This document shows, one piece after another, positions 50,534-64,000 of a stretch of DNA of 64,000 bases; position 1 is the stretch's first letter; every line of letters starts with the position of its first letter. The notes under the pieces are model-generated. The model was given only the letters and a program-made list of their open reading frames with translations. It did not search any database and had not been told where the DNA came from. Location: assembly GCA_039621445.1 (NCBI GenBank), contig CP154954.1, forward strand, positions 14,178,387 through 14,242,386, given 5' to 3'. The position numbers and the translations under genes are program-made. Source of the DNA: Euglena gracilis (taxonomy: Eukaryota).

Positions 50534-52149
50534 AAGGGACCCCCCCCTACCCCCCCCTCCGCCCCCTCCGCCCCCGGGGGAGAGGCTCCAAGACTAAAAA
50601 AACCCCTGGGCTGGACATTGAGTGCGTAGGTTGGGGGAACTGCATCCCTGGGGTCTGGGCGAGCCCTTTTCTGTTTTGAGTTGAGTTTTGAATTTTGTGT
50701 CACCGGGGCGCAAAATGCCACCCTCTGCCTCCGGTGGCCTCGTCTGGTGCCCTAATTGACCAGGTTTTGATCAACAGCTATTGCTGCAAATCATCAAAGA
50801 CAAAAAATGGCGCATAACAACAGCATTATTAAGTGTTTTCATATTTTTCAATATATTGAAATATATACTCAAAAGATTCACCGAAAAGTCCCAACAAGTC
50901 CCAATGTATTTGAACTTTGTTTGCTTGTTTTACCAACCGGGTCCAACTGCCAACCGGTGGACCCCCCCCCTTTCTTTAGCCAACACTTTGTTCAAGCCAG
51001 CACTTTTTTCCAGTTGGGGAACCCCCAGCAGGAAAGACCTCTGAAATGCTCGCAAACATCGCAATCTTTGAGATACACGTATAATTAGAATGTAAAAAAA
51101 AATTACACAAGCACCATCTGAGAGCACGGAGCAACCTTCACTATATTCAACTCGCTTTTGAGCAGCAACTGAAGACTTTTTTGCAATTATTTGGTAGACA
51201 TGATGTGTGCTGCGTCTTGTCTTCGGCAAACCCCATTTTGTGGCCTGTGGGATGGTTCCACATTTCAGTTTCAGGATTTATACCAGAACACATCGAAACG
51301 TGTGTGAACGCGAGTTAAAAGAAATTTTTAAGGAATTATTCCCCCCCACCAAGCACCTATGGTCATCCAGAATCCCAGACGCAGTCACGCTCAGTCATGC
51401 CCAGTCACGCTCACTCACAACCAGTCCACACACAGAAATCCCAGTTTCAGAAAAGGTCAAAACAGGCCAAAAGTGGTCAAGGTCAACAGTGGGTAAAAAT
51501 GACTGAAAATACTCCAAAACAGGCATAAATACAAACGGCCAAAGATGGCCAGAAGCGGACAAAAAGGGAGAAGAAAGGATAAATGGGGCCAAACGTGGCT
51601 AGATGTGGCCGAAATCACGCCCAGTCATGGAACCTTACCTTAACACCTATGCGACCACACCTCCGGGGGGATTTCGAGAGTGGGTGGGTGGGTTGCCGAA
51701 GAAGCAAAAAAATGCTGCGAAATTCTGACCCATGGCGCACCCCCCCCCCGGTGGTTCCAGAGGCCCCGTCGATTTTGGCCGGATTTTGGGTGGGCAGGTG
51801 GGTGTTAACCATCCTGGGGGGGGGTCATGGATTGGTCATTTTTTCCAAAAAAAAAAAGTGGGTGTGTGGGTAGGCCCGGGAAAAAGTTCCCCCCCCCAGT
51901 CACTAAATGAATGTATGCACGGAACCCCACCTATGAGTGACAGCAAAGCCAGTCGCCCCACTCATGAACAGTGCGCCCAGTAGTGCCCAGTCATTTAATA
52001 GGTGTTTTCCTGCAAACTTTTGCAAAAAGCATGTATGCATGCATTCATGCTTTTAAGAGGAGTGTGCCACTGGGAGAAAAACCTAGATCCCGCGGGTATA
52101 TGAACGTAGCGGAGCACACAAACCTCACAACTTCCTCCAGTTGGATGGG

Positions 52150-54670
52150 CCAAAATCAAGCATGGGACCAAAATAAAAAAACATCATGGTTCAGTGAACT
52201 CCTGTGCATTTGATGAAAACTATTGGACATAAACAAATCCTGTGAAAAAAAATGTTGGACAAAATATTGTCTGGTATGGATGCAAAACCCTGTTCTGAGG
52301 AAATACAATAGCGCTGATTCCAAACAGCTCAAAAACTTCAAAAATTGAAAAAAATATATTATTATATTATTTATTATAGAATTAAATAATTATATATATT
52401 ACAATATAATATATACATATATATACACACATTCATCGTGGGACAATTGCTCAAAGCAAACGTGCTAAATAGAGCTGAAGGTGTGGGGAAATCACTTATT
52501 TTTTCAATTCAATTGCTTGCCTTTTTAATAAAATTTAACAGAATGTTCCAGGTGCCTCGGTTTTAGGTCCTTGCAGGAGAAGCTTGCTGAAGCCATGAGC
52601 ATGGATCCCACCCCATATAAGAAGAGACAATCATTTGCCACATAAACCATTCAAGCCGTTGGAATCCATTTCACATTTTCAGGAGGTCAAAAAGTCATTC
52701 AAGCTGTTTCAAGCTCCACTCACAACAAAAACATTCAATGGGTCATAACACATTCGCGCCGCAATTTTTTTTCCATTTTGGGCCATTTTGGGCCATTTTA
52801 GGTCATTTTGGGTCATTTTTAGGCCATTTTAGGCCTTATTAGGCCATTTTTTGCTGTAACTGCTTGGTTGCAATGTGTACGATCAGATATCAATGTAGTT
52901 TTATCTTCACACAAATGGGCACTAAATGGGCTTGCTTGTTTGTCAAATGGGCAGGTTGCACAACCATCGTCCACCATATCCACCGGTTGCCATCCACTTT
53001 CACAGAAATCATCACCTGATGGCTTCAGTTTGCGGACCCCCATCAACAGCGGGTCAAAAATTGTTTAGGCCATGTTCGGCCATTTTAACTATAGGTGCTC
53101 GCACGCGGGTTGATCCCAACCAAGGAAACCCATAGAAAAGCCAGCAAAAGCCAAAAGCAAAGGCAGCTGTGGTAAACAGCCCATGGAGGAAACTACTGAG
53201 CAGGATTCCCTGCAGCTTCCGCACCACACCTCAATGGTAGCAAGCTTGCCGCACGGCTTCCGGGCAGCGACTCCCAAAGGAATGCGGAGAGACTTCTTCA
53301 GAATCAGAGTTTTTGGGGCTTCTGGTGAATTCGCACTCTCTTTCTACTCCGAAGCATACCGAGATTCGGTCTGGATTCCTCTCCCCAAATGCAAAAATTA
53401 CGAAATCATGGCTATGCACAAAATCCGCACATAACTCTCGTGACTCACCAGGTTTGACTTCAAAATTAACTCACCAATTCAGCATTTCAGAACAGCTGAA
53501 GAAGCCTGGGCCCGAAGCAGGGGAAAACGTGGGAAGCTGTACAATTAGGTGTCGGCGGGGCGATTGGTTGATGGACGCAGGCTGAACCAGTCACACTCAC
53601 TACTTCTGAAAGCCCCCTCCTTGTCCCAGAATTTCAGGGGGTCGTACACAAAAATATTGCAAACCCCCCAAATATAATAGCCCGCCCCAAAAAAAACCCG
53701 CAAAATGGTACCATTCAGGAGAAAGCAGAAAAATTTTGTTGGGGATATAACGGTTTTCACCAGAAAAAGTCAATTTGCACAATGATAACAACATACGTGT
53801 CAACATGTATTTTCATTGCGCATCCTGAACATGTTGGGGGTTAGCTGCAGGTAAGATTCTCATTCAGATTGACCATCGAAACCAATCGAACTCAATAGAT
53901 GGACCAATCCAACTCAAATAAAATGGACTGCTACAACAAATGATGCAGCCAGTGGGGGACGCTTCAGCAGGTTGCCATGGTTCCACGATGGGTTGGAAAG
54001 GCGCCATGCCGCGAAAGCTGCATTGTGCCAAATCTTCCAGTATCTTGTCCCATCAAGCAGTGACGGTTCACACCTGACCCACCATCGTTGGTTGACCACT
54101 TTCCAAAGGGGAATGTGAAATGCACTGGGATCCACGCAGGTTGATTTTTATTGTGCAATAATATTTCATAGACCCCCCCTCCCAAAGCCAAATGGACACG
54201 AAAATGAAATCCACTGGTGAGAGTGTGATCAAAAACTGTGTTTTGCTTTATTTTCTTGTTTGATTCCCTATGTGTGTTTTGAGGTGCCTACTCACCCACC
54301 CCTTGCCCAATGAAAAGGGGTCCGGGCCTTCCAGTTTGTTAGATTTTATAGCAATCCAACCCATACACTCACGCTGCAGGGTTGGAGTGCAGTTCAGTCA
54401 ACACTGCACACAGACCCACAAACAAAGCACCCTCTGTTACCACAGGCAAAGACATGGCACGGTCAAAGTGGTCGCAGTGCAACGAATGAGGTAGGAAGGA
54501 AGAAAGTGTTGCCTTACTATACTCCAGCAAGCAAGTGGAACGAAAATTAAATTTGAAAAACTTGGTTAGATTGCAGGTGTAAAGGTGCAGGACCAAAGCA
54601 GCCGAATCAAGTGCCAGTGAAAAACCAACGTGGTGGTACAATTTGCAATGAAAAATCAACACCTGCAATC
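52150..54670 (-). pseudogene. Probable decayed hAT-superfamily transposase
   Basis: Fragments in the expected order: FHCKLYHHVGFSLALDSA (CxxH-like), KVVNQRWW...WDKILEDL (RW-like), CYDP (LDP-like), TRQYFVQHFFSQ (vER.FS-like). Many stops and frameshifts; judged by eye only. Confidence 0.4.
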
Positions 54671-54707
54671 AAAAACTAAATGCACAAACACACACGCACG
54701 CACACGC

Positions 54708-54768
<61 letters not shown>

Positions 54769-56604
54769 AACACACACACACATTGCATTATGAGAGCCAA
54801 GCTCTGCCTTGGGGTCCGAAAATTAGCCACTAGAAAAGCCACTAGCTGGACCACTCTCTGCTGGGAGGTCCGGGGTTTGGGTCCCCCAGGTCTTCCAACT
54901 GGAAAACTCATCCCAACTGGCTGCTGGCCCAGGTGGAGACGGGTTTTTGGGGTGTTTTTTTTCCCTTTTTTCGACTGGTTTTGTTCCAAAAAAAATAATA
55001 ATAATAATACACAAAAATTGCAAAACGGCCATTTTTTGGCAGGTTTTGGCCAGTCAATTTTTCTGGTGCTTCGCGCTGGTCACTTTTTTATTATTATAAA
55101 AAAACACCTAGCCTGCAAGCAGAATTCCCCCAGGGGTCCAAGCCAAATTTGGACTAGCTGCAGTCGACCCCCCCCAGGGTTGTACTGTGAAACCTCATGG
55201 GGGAGCCTGATCACCAGGAATGGGGTTGCATTGTTAATTGGCGTTCAGCCTGGTCTGAACGTTTTCTCAACACCCAACAACCTCCCATCCCCCTGTCCAA
55301 CGAACATGAATGTTCGTCCAGCGACGAGGGAGGCGGTCGCTAAACCATTTTTTTTTGTCTCTGACCAGGAGTGGGGTCGACCAGGTTATGAAGAGAGCGG
55401 GCAGGGGGGGGGGCTGCTGGACACCCACGGAGGGGGTGGGGTTGTACTTTCTCCTGGGAAAAAAAGGACGGAAAATTTTCGGACTTGAAAAAGGCCTACA
55501 ATTGTGTTTTCCTGTTTGTTTGTGTGTATTTCTGGCGCAAAGAGCAGGAGGACAAACATTTTTTTTTTAGTTCCTGGGGGGTCCCAGACCCCAACAGTCT
55601 GAAGACGGGAGGAGTGGTCTGGAACACCCCTGTACAAACACTTCACCTCTCAAAAATAACACGCGGGGGTCCGTTTCCAAAAATGCTAGAATTTTTTAAC
55701 TTCATCATTTTTTGTCAAGAATTGAGCAGGGTTCGGTAGTCCAGGGAACCTTTTCTAGTGGCCAGCTAAAGGGACCCCCAGGCAGGGATAGACGGGAAGC
55801 CTTCCAGTTTTGAATTTGATGGGAATCTGAACCACCCCTGGGGGTGACGTGGCAGCCCCCCGTTGGGAGGGGGTGTCTGGACCGCAAAACACCCCCTCCT
55901 CGGCAGGTTTCAAAAGATGCGAAAAATTTTCCTCCGGTGCTACGCCCAAAGACATCCCAGATAGAAACGAGGGATTGTTGGGGTAAACCCCCCAGTTTTT
56001 CCAGGAAAAAATCACCGTCCCCGACTCTTCGCACCAGGGGGCTAATTTTTGCTCATCGCAGGGAGGGGGGCATTGATATCGGAGGACTTCAGAAAAATTG
56101 CGGGTAAATTGCTGAAAAATTGCGGGAATTGCGGGAAAGTTGCGCAAAAAAATGCGAAATTTCGGTTTTGGTAATTAACACACTGCTGCTGGAGGGGGCA
56201 GAAAAAAATTCACAAAATTCCTCATTTTGCAATATCGATGGAAATTTTGAGCCGTAATTCACATCCTTCGTAAGAGAAATTGGCATCCTTCCACCAAAAA
56301 AGTCCATAAGCAGGACTTCTGGCATTTTGATAACATGCTGTTTCTGCAGAAGATATTGGGGAAAGCCGAAAAAGGCACGATAATCGCCAAATTTTGTCAA
56401 AAATTGAAAATATTGGAAATTTCGGCAAATTTGCAACAAAATAACACCTCGGTTCCCTTGTGGAACGTTCAAGGAATTGCCGGAATTCATTGTGGAACGG
56501 GAAAAACATTTTGTGGGATAATTGAGAGAAAAATGCGAAAGTTGTGGAAAAACTGCGAAAAACTACGGAAATTGGTAACATTGCACATATCAATTCCTCC
56601 CCTG

Positions 56605-57860
56605 TCGCTCGGTTCATGATGACTTTTGGGGGTGCATTATTGGATTGGGTCATACCAATTGGGAGTATTAATACCCTGGGGTCCACAAAATAGTGGAGAG
56701 AAGGGGAGCCCAGATCGGGGAAAACTTCGCCATATTTGAAATTCACCTCCTGCGAAGCTGCTTTTAAAAATTCAAGCCAAGACATTTTGAGCAACGTGTT
56801 GTCATTGTTTTATTTTGATGTTTTGTCATTTTACTGTTTTCATTAGCAAAAAAAATCAAAAAATAAATATACACGACCAAAACTATCCAAATAGATCGCA
56901 TTGGACCTGAAGAGGGGGAGGTCGTTGCACATAACCTCATCTTGAATCCATTTCAGCAAATCTTCGTTTTCAGGTGTTCAACTGACATGATTTGTGAATT
57001 GACGAGCTGACCACAGAAACACACACGTCACCGAAGCTACATTTCGTCAAACAGGAAAAACTGCCTGTTTTCATCAAGAATGTGTGTGCAGAGAGTGGTC
57101 CAGTGCTCCATTGGTGTGCTTCTGACGATGGGGGTTTGGATGGGCGTGCAGAAAACGGTCAGCAGCAGCACAACAGGAACTAACGTGTTGTTCACACAAG
57201 ACACCCGCCTGCGCTGGGACGGCAGCGGCGAAGTGCATTTGACTGTTTGAGAAGGCTTCCAAGGCAGCCAACCCAGCGTTGGACACACAAGGCGGTGGTC
57301 CATCTAATCCTTGCGGTTTGAGGAGCCGGGGAGTGACCCCCCCCCCGCGCCTAAACTGTGGCGTGGCGGATTATCGGTGCGGCACAAAAGAACGAGGAGA
57401 TTAAAAACAAAACAAGGCCCCGCAAAATAGGATGTGGCTGATACAGTAAAAACAAAAAAAAGGAGTTTCTCCTTCTATTATCCAGCCCCAATTCTGCTGT
57501 CAGAAAAAGTTTTGCCTGTGCGAAATACCAGAAGATGTATTGCCTTGATGGGAACAAGAGTAAGACACATCACCAAAGAACTCTGATATCAAACCAGCTA
57601 ATGACCAGAAGCTTTTTTCCCCCCGAGAACCTGGGCGGAGGAAAAAAAAAGGCGCCAGGAGTTCTGAATCAAAACAGAGAGGCTCGAAATTACCAAAAGA
57701 AGGAAAGAGTTTAAAAAAATAAAATAAATAAAATACCCAAAAACGATCAGATCAAAAAAAATAAACCCTGTTTCCAAATTTCTGTTCTTGGAAGCTTCAG
57801 CTGCTGTGGCAATGCTTTGGTCTTCCTGCCTGCGATACTCCAACATGGCAACCGTCGAAA
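56605..57860 (-). CDS. Exon-like islands of an unresolved minus-strand gene (~57860-57773, ~57290-57080, ~56794-56608)
   Basis: Protein-like frames (MLEYRRQEDQSIATAAEASKNRNL with a downstream aaaCAG donor; SWLEFLKAASQEVNFKYGEVFPDLGSPSLHYFVDPRVLILPIG). Joins not established. Confidence 0.25.
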
Positions 57861-57900
57861 TGTGTCCAATTCCTAGGCGGAGGGGGAGGGTGGATGGGAC

Positions 57901-59126
57901 CAAGCACCTATGACAGATTCCAAATTTTAGCCCGCGGTCGGCTGCCGTCGGCCGCGGTCGGCTGCGGTCGGCTGCGGTCGGCTGCGGTCGGCTGCGGTCG
58001 GCAGCGGTCGGCAAAGTAATTGGCTGTAGGTGGGGGCAGGCCAACAAAAAATGAGCATATATCACAATCACACAATCCACTGTTACCGACTTTTGGCCAC
58101 TTTTCGCTGCTTTTGGCCAGTTTTTAATGCTTTTGGACTGCTTTTGGCCACTGTTGCCAACTTTTGGTCGATTTTTGCTGCCTTTGCCCATTATTTCTTG
58201 CCTTTTGCTTTGCTTTGGTCACTTTTGTTGCTTTTGCCCACTTTTTGCTGTGTTTTGGATGCTTTTGGCCAGCGTTTGCTTTGCTTTGACCTCTTTTGGC
58301 CTCTTTAACCCACTTTTGACCACTTTTCTCTGCTTTTGGCCATTTTTACCCACTTCTGGCCACTTTCAGGCCACTTTAAACGTCTTTTTGTTGCTTTTGA
58401 CATGAAGAGCAGTCAAACGTGGCCTAAAAATGGCCTAAAAGTGGCCTAAAACATGGTTAAAATGGCCAAAAGTTCCAAAAGCAAGCAAAAATAACAAAAA
58501 AAATGCCCAAAAAATGGCCCAAAATGACCCTGCTTTTGGCCGATTTGGGTCACTTTAGCAGCTTTTGTTCACTTTTGGCAACAAACTGGCGCAAAATGCT
58601 CAAAATGGTCAAATTGGACCAAAAAGAGACCAAAAAAATGGGCAAAAAATAAAAAAAGAAAAGGTCGAAAGTGGCTTTAAATGGTCAAAAATGGCCCTAA
58701 ATGGCCCAAAAAGGCCCAAGAGTAGGACAAAATGGCCCAAAATTACAAGAAATGGGCAAAAAATGGCCAAAAACGGTCAAAATAGGTCAAAATGGGTGAA
58801 TTATGGTGGCAAATGGATCAAAAGGGGACAAAAGCGACCAAAAATGGCCAAAAGTGGCCAAAAGTGGCCAAAAGTGGCCAAAAATGGCAACATGAGCCAG
58901 ATGAGCCAGAAAAATCTCAACATCTGGGATAAAAATGAGCCTAATTCCTCATTCTCACTGAAAAATTGACATCAATTAGAAAAAAGTTGCGCGGTCGGCT
59001 GCGGTCGGCTGCGGTCGGCTGCGGTCGGCTGCGGTCGGCACCCCACCTATGATAGTCCTGAAACCCGCGGTCGGCCGCGGTCGGCTGCGGTCGGCTGCGG
59101 TCGGCTGCGGTCGGCATAGGTGCCTG
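57901..59126. mobile_element. hAT-like MITE, CARGCACCTAT family, 8-bp TSD GATGGGAC, GGTCGGCTGC repeats
   Basis: CAAGCACCTATG/CATAGGTGCCTG; GATGGGAC at 57893-57900 and 59127-59134. Confidence 0.92.
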
Positions 59127-60704
59127 GATGGGACCACCGGAATGCACACCTCATCTCGTGTATTATATGTTTTTGAGTCATAGGATACGGCGCTTTGCCT
59201 GGGCACAAATGAAGGGAGGGCCAGGGTCAATCTTAAGCGGCTTAATCTTAATCTGTATTGTTAAGGATTTTGTTGGGCCTTGCACAAAATAAGCTAGAAT
59301 GTTAAAACACGGGTCCAAGGTGACAAGTTATGGCCGCTGGTCCACTTTAGGGGGACAGGGGAACCGCACATGCATGTAAGGAGGTGGCGGACAAAAAGCC
59401 TAGGGTGGTTAATCAAAGGAGAGACACCTCACTTGAACCAACACAAAAACACCTCCCTGTTCAAAACACAGCAAGGTTTTGGGTGTTCCTGACAGGGGCA
59501 ACCAATGACACGTTGTGTCTTAGAAAGGAATGCCTGTCCCTTGGAAAATACCTGCTGTGATTGCAAAATCTCCAAAAATATAAGCAGTTCAGTCACCTAT
59601 ATTTTGTTCCGAAAAAAGGCTTAGGGTGATTTAAATTTGGGGGTTGCCCAGATTTAAAGAATGCTTCTTTCAGCCGTTCCAATGCAATTTTCATGAAAAT
59701 TATCTTCATAGCATCAGGCCAGGGGTTCCTTCTGTTTGGGTTTGCTTGGATTTGGCCAAAATATAGTTCGAAATGTTGCTGAAACTTGGGGGTTACTCAC
59801 AAAATGGTTGATTACATTGGGTGGCTATTTTTTTTCATGGGGCTTGCTGTGGTGTTTCCTGTCTAATTGATCTCGTCTAGCTGGCCCTGTCCACCTGCAG
59901 CCCCCTCCCTCCTGGCCAGACATTATTATTTTTAAGGCGCCTTAAAAACCTAACATGCCTTAAAAGGCGGCTGAAAATATGTTGCCAAAATACCTTTAAA
60001 ATCTTGAAAATGTCTGAAAATGCCTTAAACAGTTTGGACTGGCAGGATTTTCTCCAACCAAACAAGTATCAAAGCGCAAAATCTCGCCAAAAACGAGCCA
60101 AACCCTGGAATAAAAAATATTTCTGGCATCGCTGGAACATTACTGTCCTAAATCTCAAAAAAAGTGTTTTTTAACGTTTTGATTTTGGGGAACATTCAAA
60201 ATCAAAAACATTGGTTCGATAACCCTTGGACCACCCTGGAAAACAACACCTTAAAATGCCATAAAAAGTCTTCAAAAAAATGTCTTAAAATGCCTCAAAA
60301 TTTCGAAAAAATACACAATAATAATAATACCTGCTCATGGCAAAGAGCAAAAGAAAGCGACGTGCGAACGGTTGTCTTGCACGGCTTTCCACACGGGGTC
60401 AGTCCAGGGGAGGGAAGGCCCGGCGCGCTGGAGGTGCAATCAGCGCTGGCGGTGCAGACCGGAGGGGGAAGCGTATCGGCCAATGGCAGAGGCACGACGG
60501 TGGAAGGAAGAGACTGCCAGGGTGGGCTGGCGGCACCAGCCCAGAATAGGATGAAACAATCGAGCCGCAGTATCACCATTTTTGTTGGAAAAGAATCAAA
60601 CACAAGGTTTCGCTGTCTTAGGCCGCCTAACTCGCACATGGCTTTGAAAATGATTGTAACTTTGCGTTCATTTGGGTCTACCGCAAAAATAGAATCCTGC
60701 CCTG

Positions 60705-60920
60705 GAGGTTACCTGCCGGAGGCTCCAGGGAGGCTCCAGGGAGGCTCCGGGGAGGCTCCAGGGAGGCTCCATGGAGGCTCCAGGGAGGCTCCAGGGAGGC
60801 TCAGATAACCAGCCTCCAGGGAGGCTCCCTTTTAGGGAGCCTCCGGGAGGCTCCAGGGCGGCTCAGATAACCAGCCTCCAGGGAGCCTCCATAGAGGCTC
60901 CAGGGAGGTTCGGGTAACCA
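60705..60920. repeat. 11-bp GGAGGCTCCAG tandem array (second block at 62515-62610)
   Basis: Direct reading; both blocks run from TTACCTGCCGGAGG to GGTAACCA. Confidence 0.85.
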
Positions 60921-61079
60921 GTTTTGTGCACCGGACGACAGTGGGACAGGTGTTGTGCCGTGATGCAATCTGTGGTGTTGTAGACTCAGAATGCATGAAT
61001 CAGCAGTTGCTCGCCGGAGATGTGACAAGGATAATGGGATAATGCAGGCACAGCGAGGCACAAGAAGAAGAGATGTGAA

Positions 61080-61725
61080 ACATCTGGACAACATCTGCAT
61101 CTTGACTAGCATTTGAATCTTGTCCGTTGTCTGAATCTTGTCAAATGTCAACATCTTGTCCAGTATTTGCATGTTGTGTGGTCTCTGCACCTTGTCCAGT
61201 ATCTACACCTTGTCCAGTACCTGCATCCATTGCATGTTGTCCAATATCTTCAACCATTGCATGTTGTCCAATATTGTCCTCTTTTGTCCAACATCTACAA
61301 CTTGTCCAGCATCTACATCTTGTCCAACATCTGCATCTCGTCCAGTATCTGTGTCCACTGCATCTTGTCTGGAATTTGCATCCTGTTCATCATCTGCAGC
61401 CACTGCATCTTGTCCAGCATCTGCATCTTGTCCAGCGTCTTCATTTTGTTCAGCATCTGCATCTTGTCCAGCATCTGCAACCACTGCATCTTTTCCAGCA
61501 TCTGCATCTTGTCCAGCATCTGCATCTTGTCCAGCGTCTGCATCTTGTCCAGCGTCTGCATCTTGTCCAGCATCTGCAACCACTGCATCTTGTCCAGCGT
61601 CTGCATTTTGTCCATCGTCTGCATCTTGTCCAGCATCTGCATCCACGGCATCTTGTCCAGTGTCTGCATCTTGTCCAGCATCTGCACCTTGTCCATGTCT
61701 GCATCTTGCCTGATGCCTGCATCCA
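61080..61725. repeat. 18-bp minisatellite TGCATCTTGTCCAGCATC with 27-bp variants
   Basis: Direct reading; explains the repetitive ORFs in several frames. Confidence 0.9.
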
Positions 61726-62749
61726 CTGGCTCACAACCGAGCCAAAATGACCACAAAAGCCCCAAAGAGCAACCAAACGACCTAAAATAGCTTCAAATAA
61801 CCCAAATAGCCCAAAAATGCCAACAATATCCAAAAAAAAAAAAAAAAAATACCCAAAATCACCAAAATGGCACAAAATGACCAAAAATGCCATAACATTG
61901 TTCATATTGACCCAAATAGGCCCAATATTTGCCCAAATCAATGCAAAATTGCCCAAATTAGCAAGCACAAAAAATAAACCGTTTGCCAAAAAAGCAAAAA
62001 TGGGTGTAATGGGAGGCTGGGACGCAACATAGAGCTTAATTGAAACCGAAAATGAATTTATCCGGCCAGAATTGTACCTAAATTATTTGCCGTGCAAAAA
62101 AAGGGTCACGTGAAATCCAAAATGGTGTTCATTTGGCTGTGCCCGGGGGGGAGGGGGGCGGGGGGAGGCGAAAAGGGGGCGGGGGGAGGGGCCCCCCCCC
62201 CCCCCCCCCCCCCCCCCGGACCTCCCCTCCCCCCCTCCCCCTTCCCCTCTCTCCCCTACCCCACTCCCCCCTCCCCAGCTACCCAATAACAACATCCTTT
62301 TGTGTGGACAAAATTTGGCGGACAAGGCGTAAATAGCAAACGGGTAAACGGTAAAAGCAAAATTACGCGGACATGGCGTCTTTGTGGCGAATGGATAAAT
62401 GTTTCAACCAATTCTGCCATCGGCGGTCATGGTGTAAATAGCAAATGGGCAAACGTGAGTTGTGTGCGGATGCAGAGGGGTTGAGGGTCGAACATGGCCT
62501 ATGTACAAAATAACTTACCTGCCGGAGGCTCCAGGGAGGCTCAGGGAGGCTCCAGGAAGGCTCAGGTAACCAGCCTCCCTGAAGCCTCCCTGTAGGCTCC
62601 AGGTAACCAAAAATGAGGATTTTCTGGGACCCAAATCATTTTGCAAAAAGTTCTGCCTTCAAACACCGAGACCTCAGGTTCAGGGCAGTCCGCATTACCT
62701 CACCCTCACCCTGGGCCAGCAACAACCAGCTTCGGGGCTGCAAGATGAA

Positions 62750-63770
62750 GCGGGGCTCGACTTGCGCCACTTCAACACCTCAATGGTGGCAAGCTTGCCG
62801 CACGGCTTCCATGGAGCGACTCCAAAAGGAATGGGGAGAGACTTCTGCGGAAAAAAAGGCTTCCGTTTCTTTTCTCCGAAGCACACCGAGCTTTGGTCTG
62901 GATTCCACTCACCCCGGCGCTTGCGCCCCCCCCCGCCCCCCCCCGGCGTGGGTAATGTGCCGATTCTGCGCACATGTCGTAGTTTTTGAACATGGTGAGG
63001 GGAGCTCCCCACCACCCCCAGGCGCTTGTCCCCCATTCCTTCCCTTCTCACCAATAAAGCATTTCAGCGCAACTGCAGAAGCCTGGGCTCGAAGCAGGGG
63101 ATAGCGTGGGAAGCTGTACAATTAGGTGCCAGCGGGGCGATTGGTTGATGGACGCAGGCTGAATCAGTCAAACTTGCTACTTTCAAATTCTGAAAGCCAA
63201 CCCCCTCTTTGTCCCAGAAATTCAGGAAGTCGTACACAAAAATATTGCAAAACCCCCAAAATACCCCAAAAAACACGAAGCCCCTCAATGGAGTGCCCCA
63301 GAAGAAAGTTGAAAAAATTTCGGGTGGATACACCATTTTCATCAGAGAACGTCCGTTTCCGAAAAAATGCACATTATTGAGGAAAATAGGAATACACAGC
63401 AAATCTTGCATGGGTCACCCAGGTAAGCTTGACTCCCCCCCCCCCGAAACTTGTAAATTCTGTAAAGTCCCCCCCCCTTGAGGGTCTTGAAATCCCACCA
63501 AAATACAAAGTTGCAGGAGCATAATAATGTTCAACGAATGATGCAGCCATTGGGGACGCTACAGCACGTTGCATGGTTCCAAATGGGTTGGAAAGGGGCC
63601 AGCCTTGTGCCAATATTCCGATGCCTTGTCCTGTCACGCAGTGACAATTTATGACCCACCATCGTTGGTTGACCACTTTCCAATGAGGGAATGTGAAATG
63701 GTCTGGAATCCATAAAACGCAGGTTAATTTTTATTTCATGTATTTTCCCCCCTCCCCAAGCTGATTAGAC
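62750..63770 (-). repeat. Diverged copy of about 53215-54195, including the RW-like transposase segment
   Basis: Shared AAGCTTGCCGCACGGCTTCC, CGTGGGAAGCTGTACAATTAGGTG and CCCACCATCGTTGGTTGACCACTTTCCAA. Confidence 0.8.
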
Positions 63771-64000
63771 ACCAAAGTAAAATCTGGAGAGTCCGAATTG
63801 GGTAAATTCTTTGAGCGCGGGTGTCAGGGAATTTTCTATGCTATGAAAGCTGACAAACTGGAAGGTTCGGACCCCCCCTGTTCAGGGGGGAGGTTGGATT
63901 CTCTCCTGGGGGCAAAAATGCACCTGGGGGAAAAAAATGTGCAGGAAAATTTTGGGACTTGAAAACTTCGACATTTCATTTCCAAACACCACAAAATTTG

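Larger units (their letters stand above)
47711..50608. mobile_element. hAT-like MITE (TAGGGTTTTT...AAAACCCCTG), 8-bp TSD GGCTGGAC, expanded by a nested family X element
   Basis: GGCTGGAC at 47703-47710 and 50609-50616. Confidence 0.85.

Noticed and set aside
61113-61790. Long repetitive ORFs (MLDKMQ, DADAGQ, HLVQHL)
   Set aside because: The 18/27-bp units keep several frames open automatically; the adjacent sequence matches MITE interior and there is no splice context.

Overview
Repeat-rich eukaryotic nuclear DNA, almost certainly from a euglenid. The diagnostic feature is non-conventional (non-GT-AG) introns of the form exon|RnnCAG...CTGnnnnY|exon, whose ends base-pair from +4 and -6. Reading these introns by eye gives two gene models. 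(1) The 3' part of a plus-strand gene of unknown function (2-1695). (2) A minus-strand DUSP23-like dual-specificity phosphatase with a VHCHAGEGRTG P-loop, split over about 4.0-15.1 kb, one of whose introns is 6.5 kb of nested mobile elements. Further GC-rich exon islands (18 kb +; 27-37 kb, 46-47 kb and 56-58 kb, mostly -) are only partly resolvable. The rest is non-autonomous DNA transposons, satellites, microsatellites, a probable decayed hAT transposase and reverse-transcriptase-like scraps. Main observation: seven MITEs have CA/TA...CTG termini (mostly CAG) and 8-bp target-site duplications. Eight equals the 3-nt plus 5-nt offset between the paired CAG/CTG and the splice sites of the non-conventional introns, so such an insertion would be spliced out without a scar. 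One element (4074-4647) sits in-frame in the phosphatase gene and fits the splice consensus exactly. No rRNA, tRNA or CRISPR array was recognised. All models are manual, without searches or RNA data.
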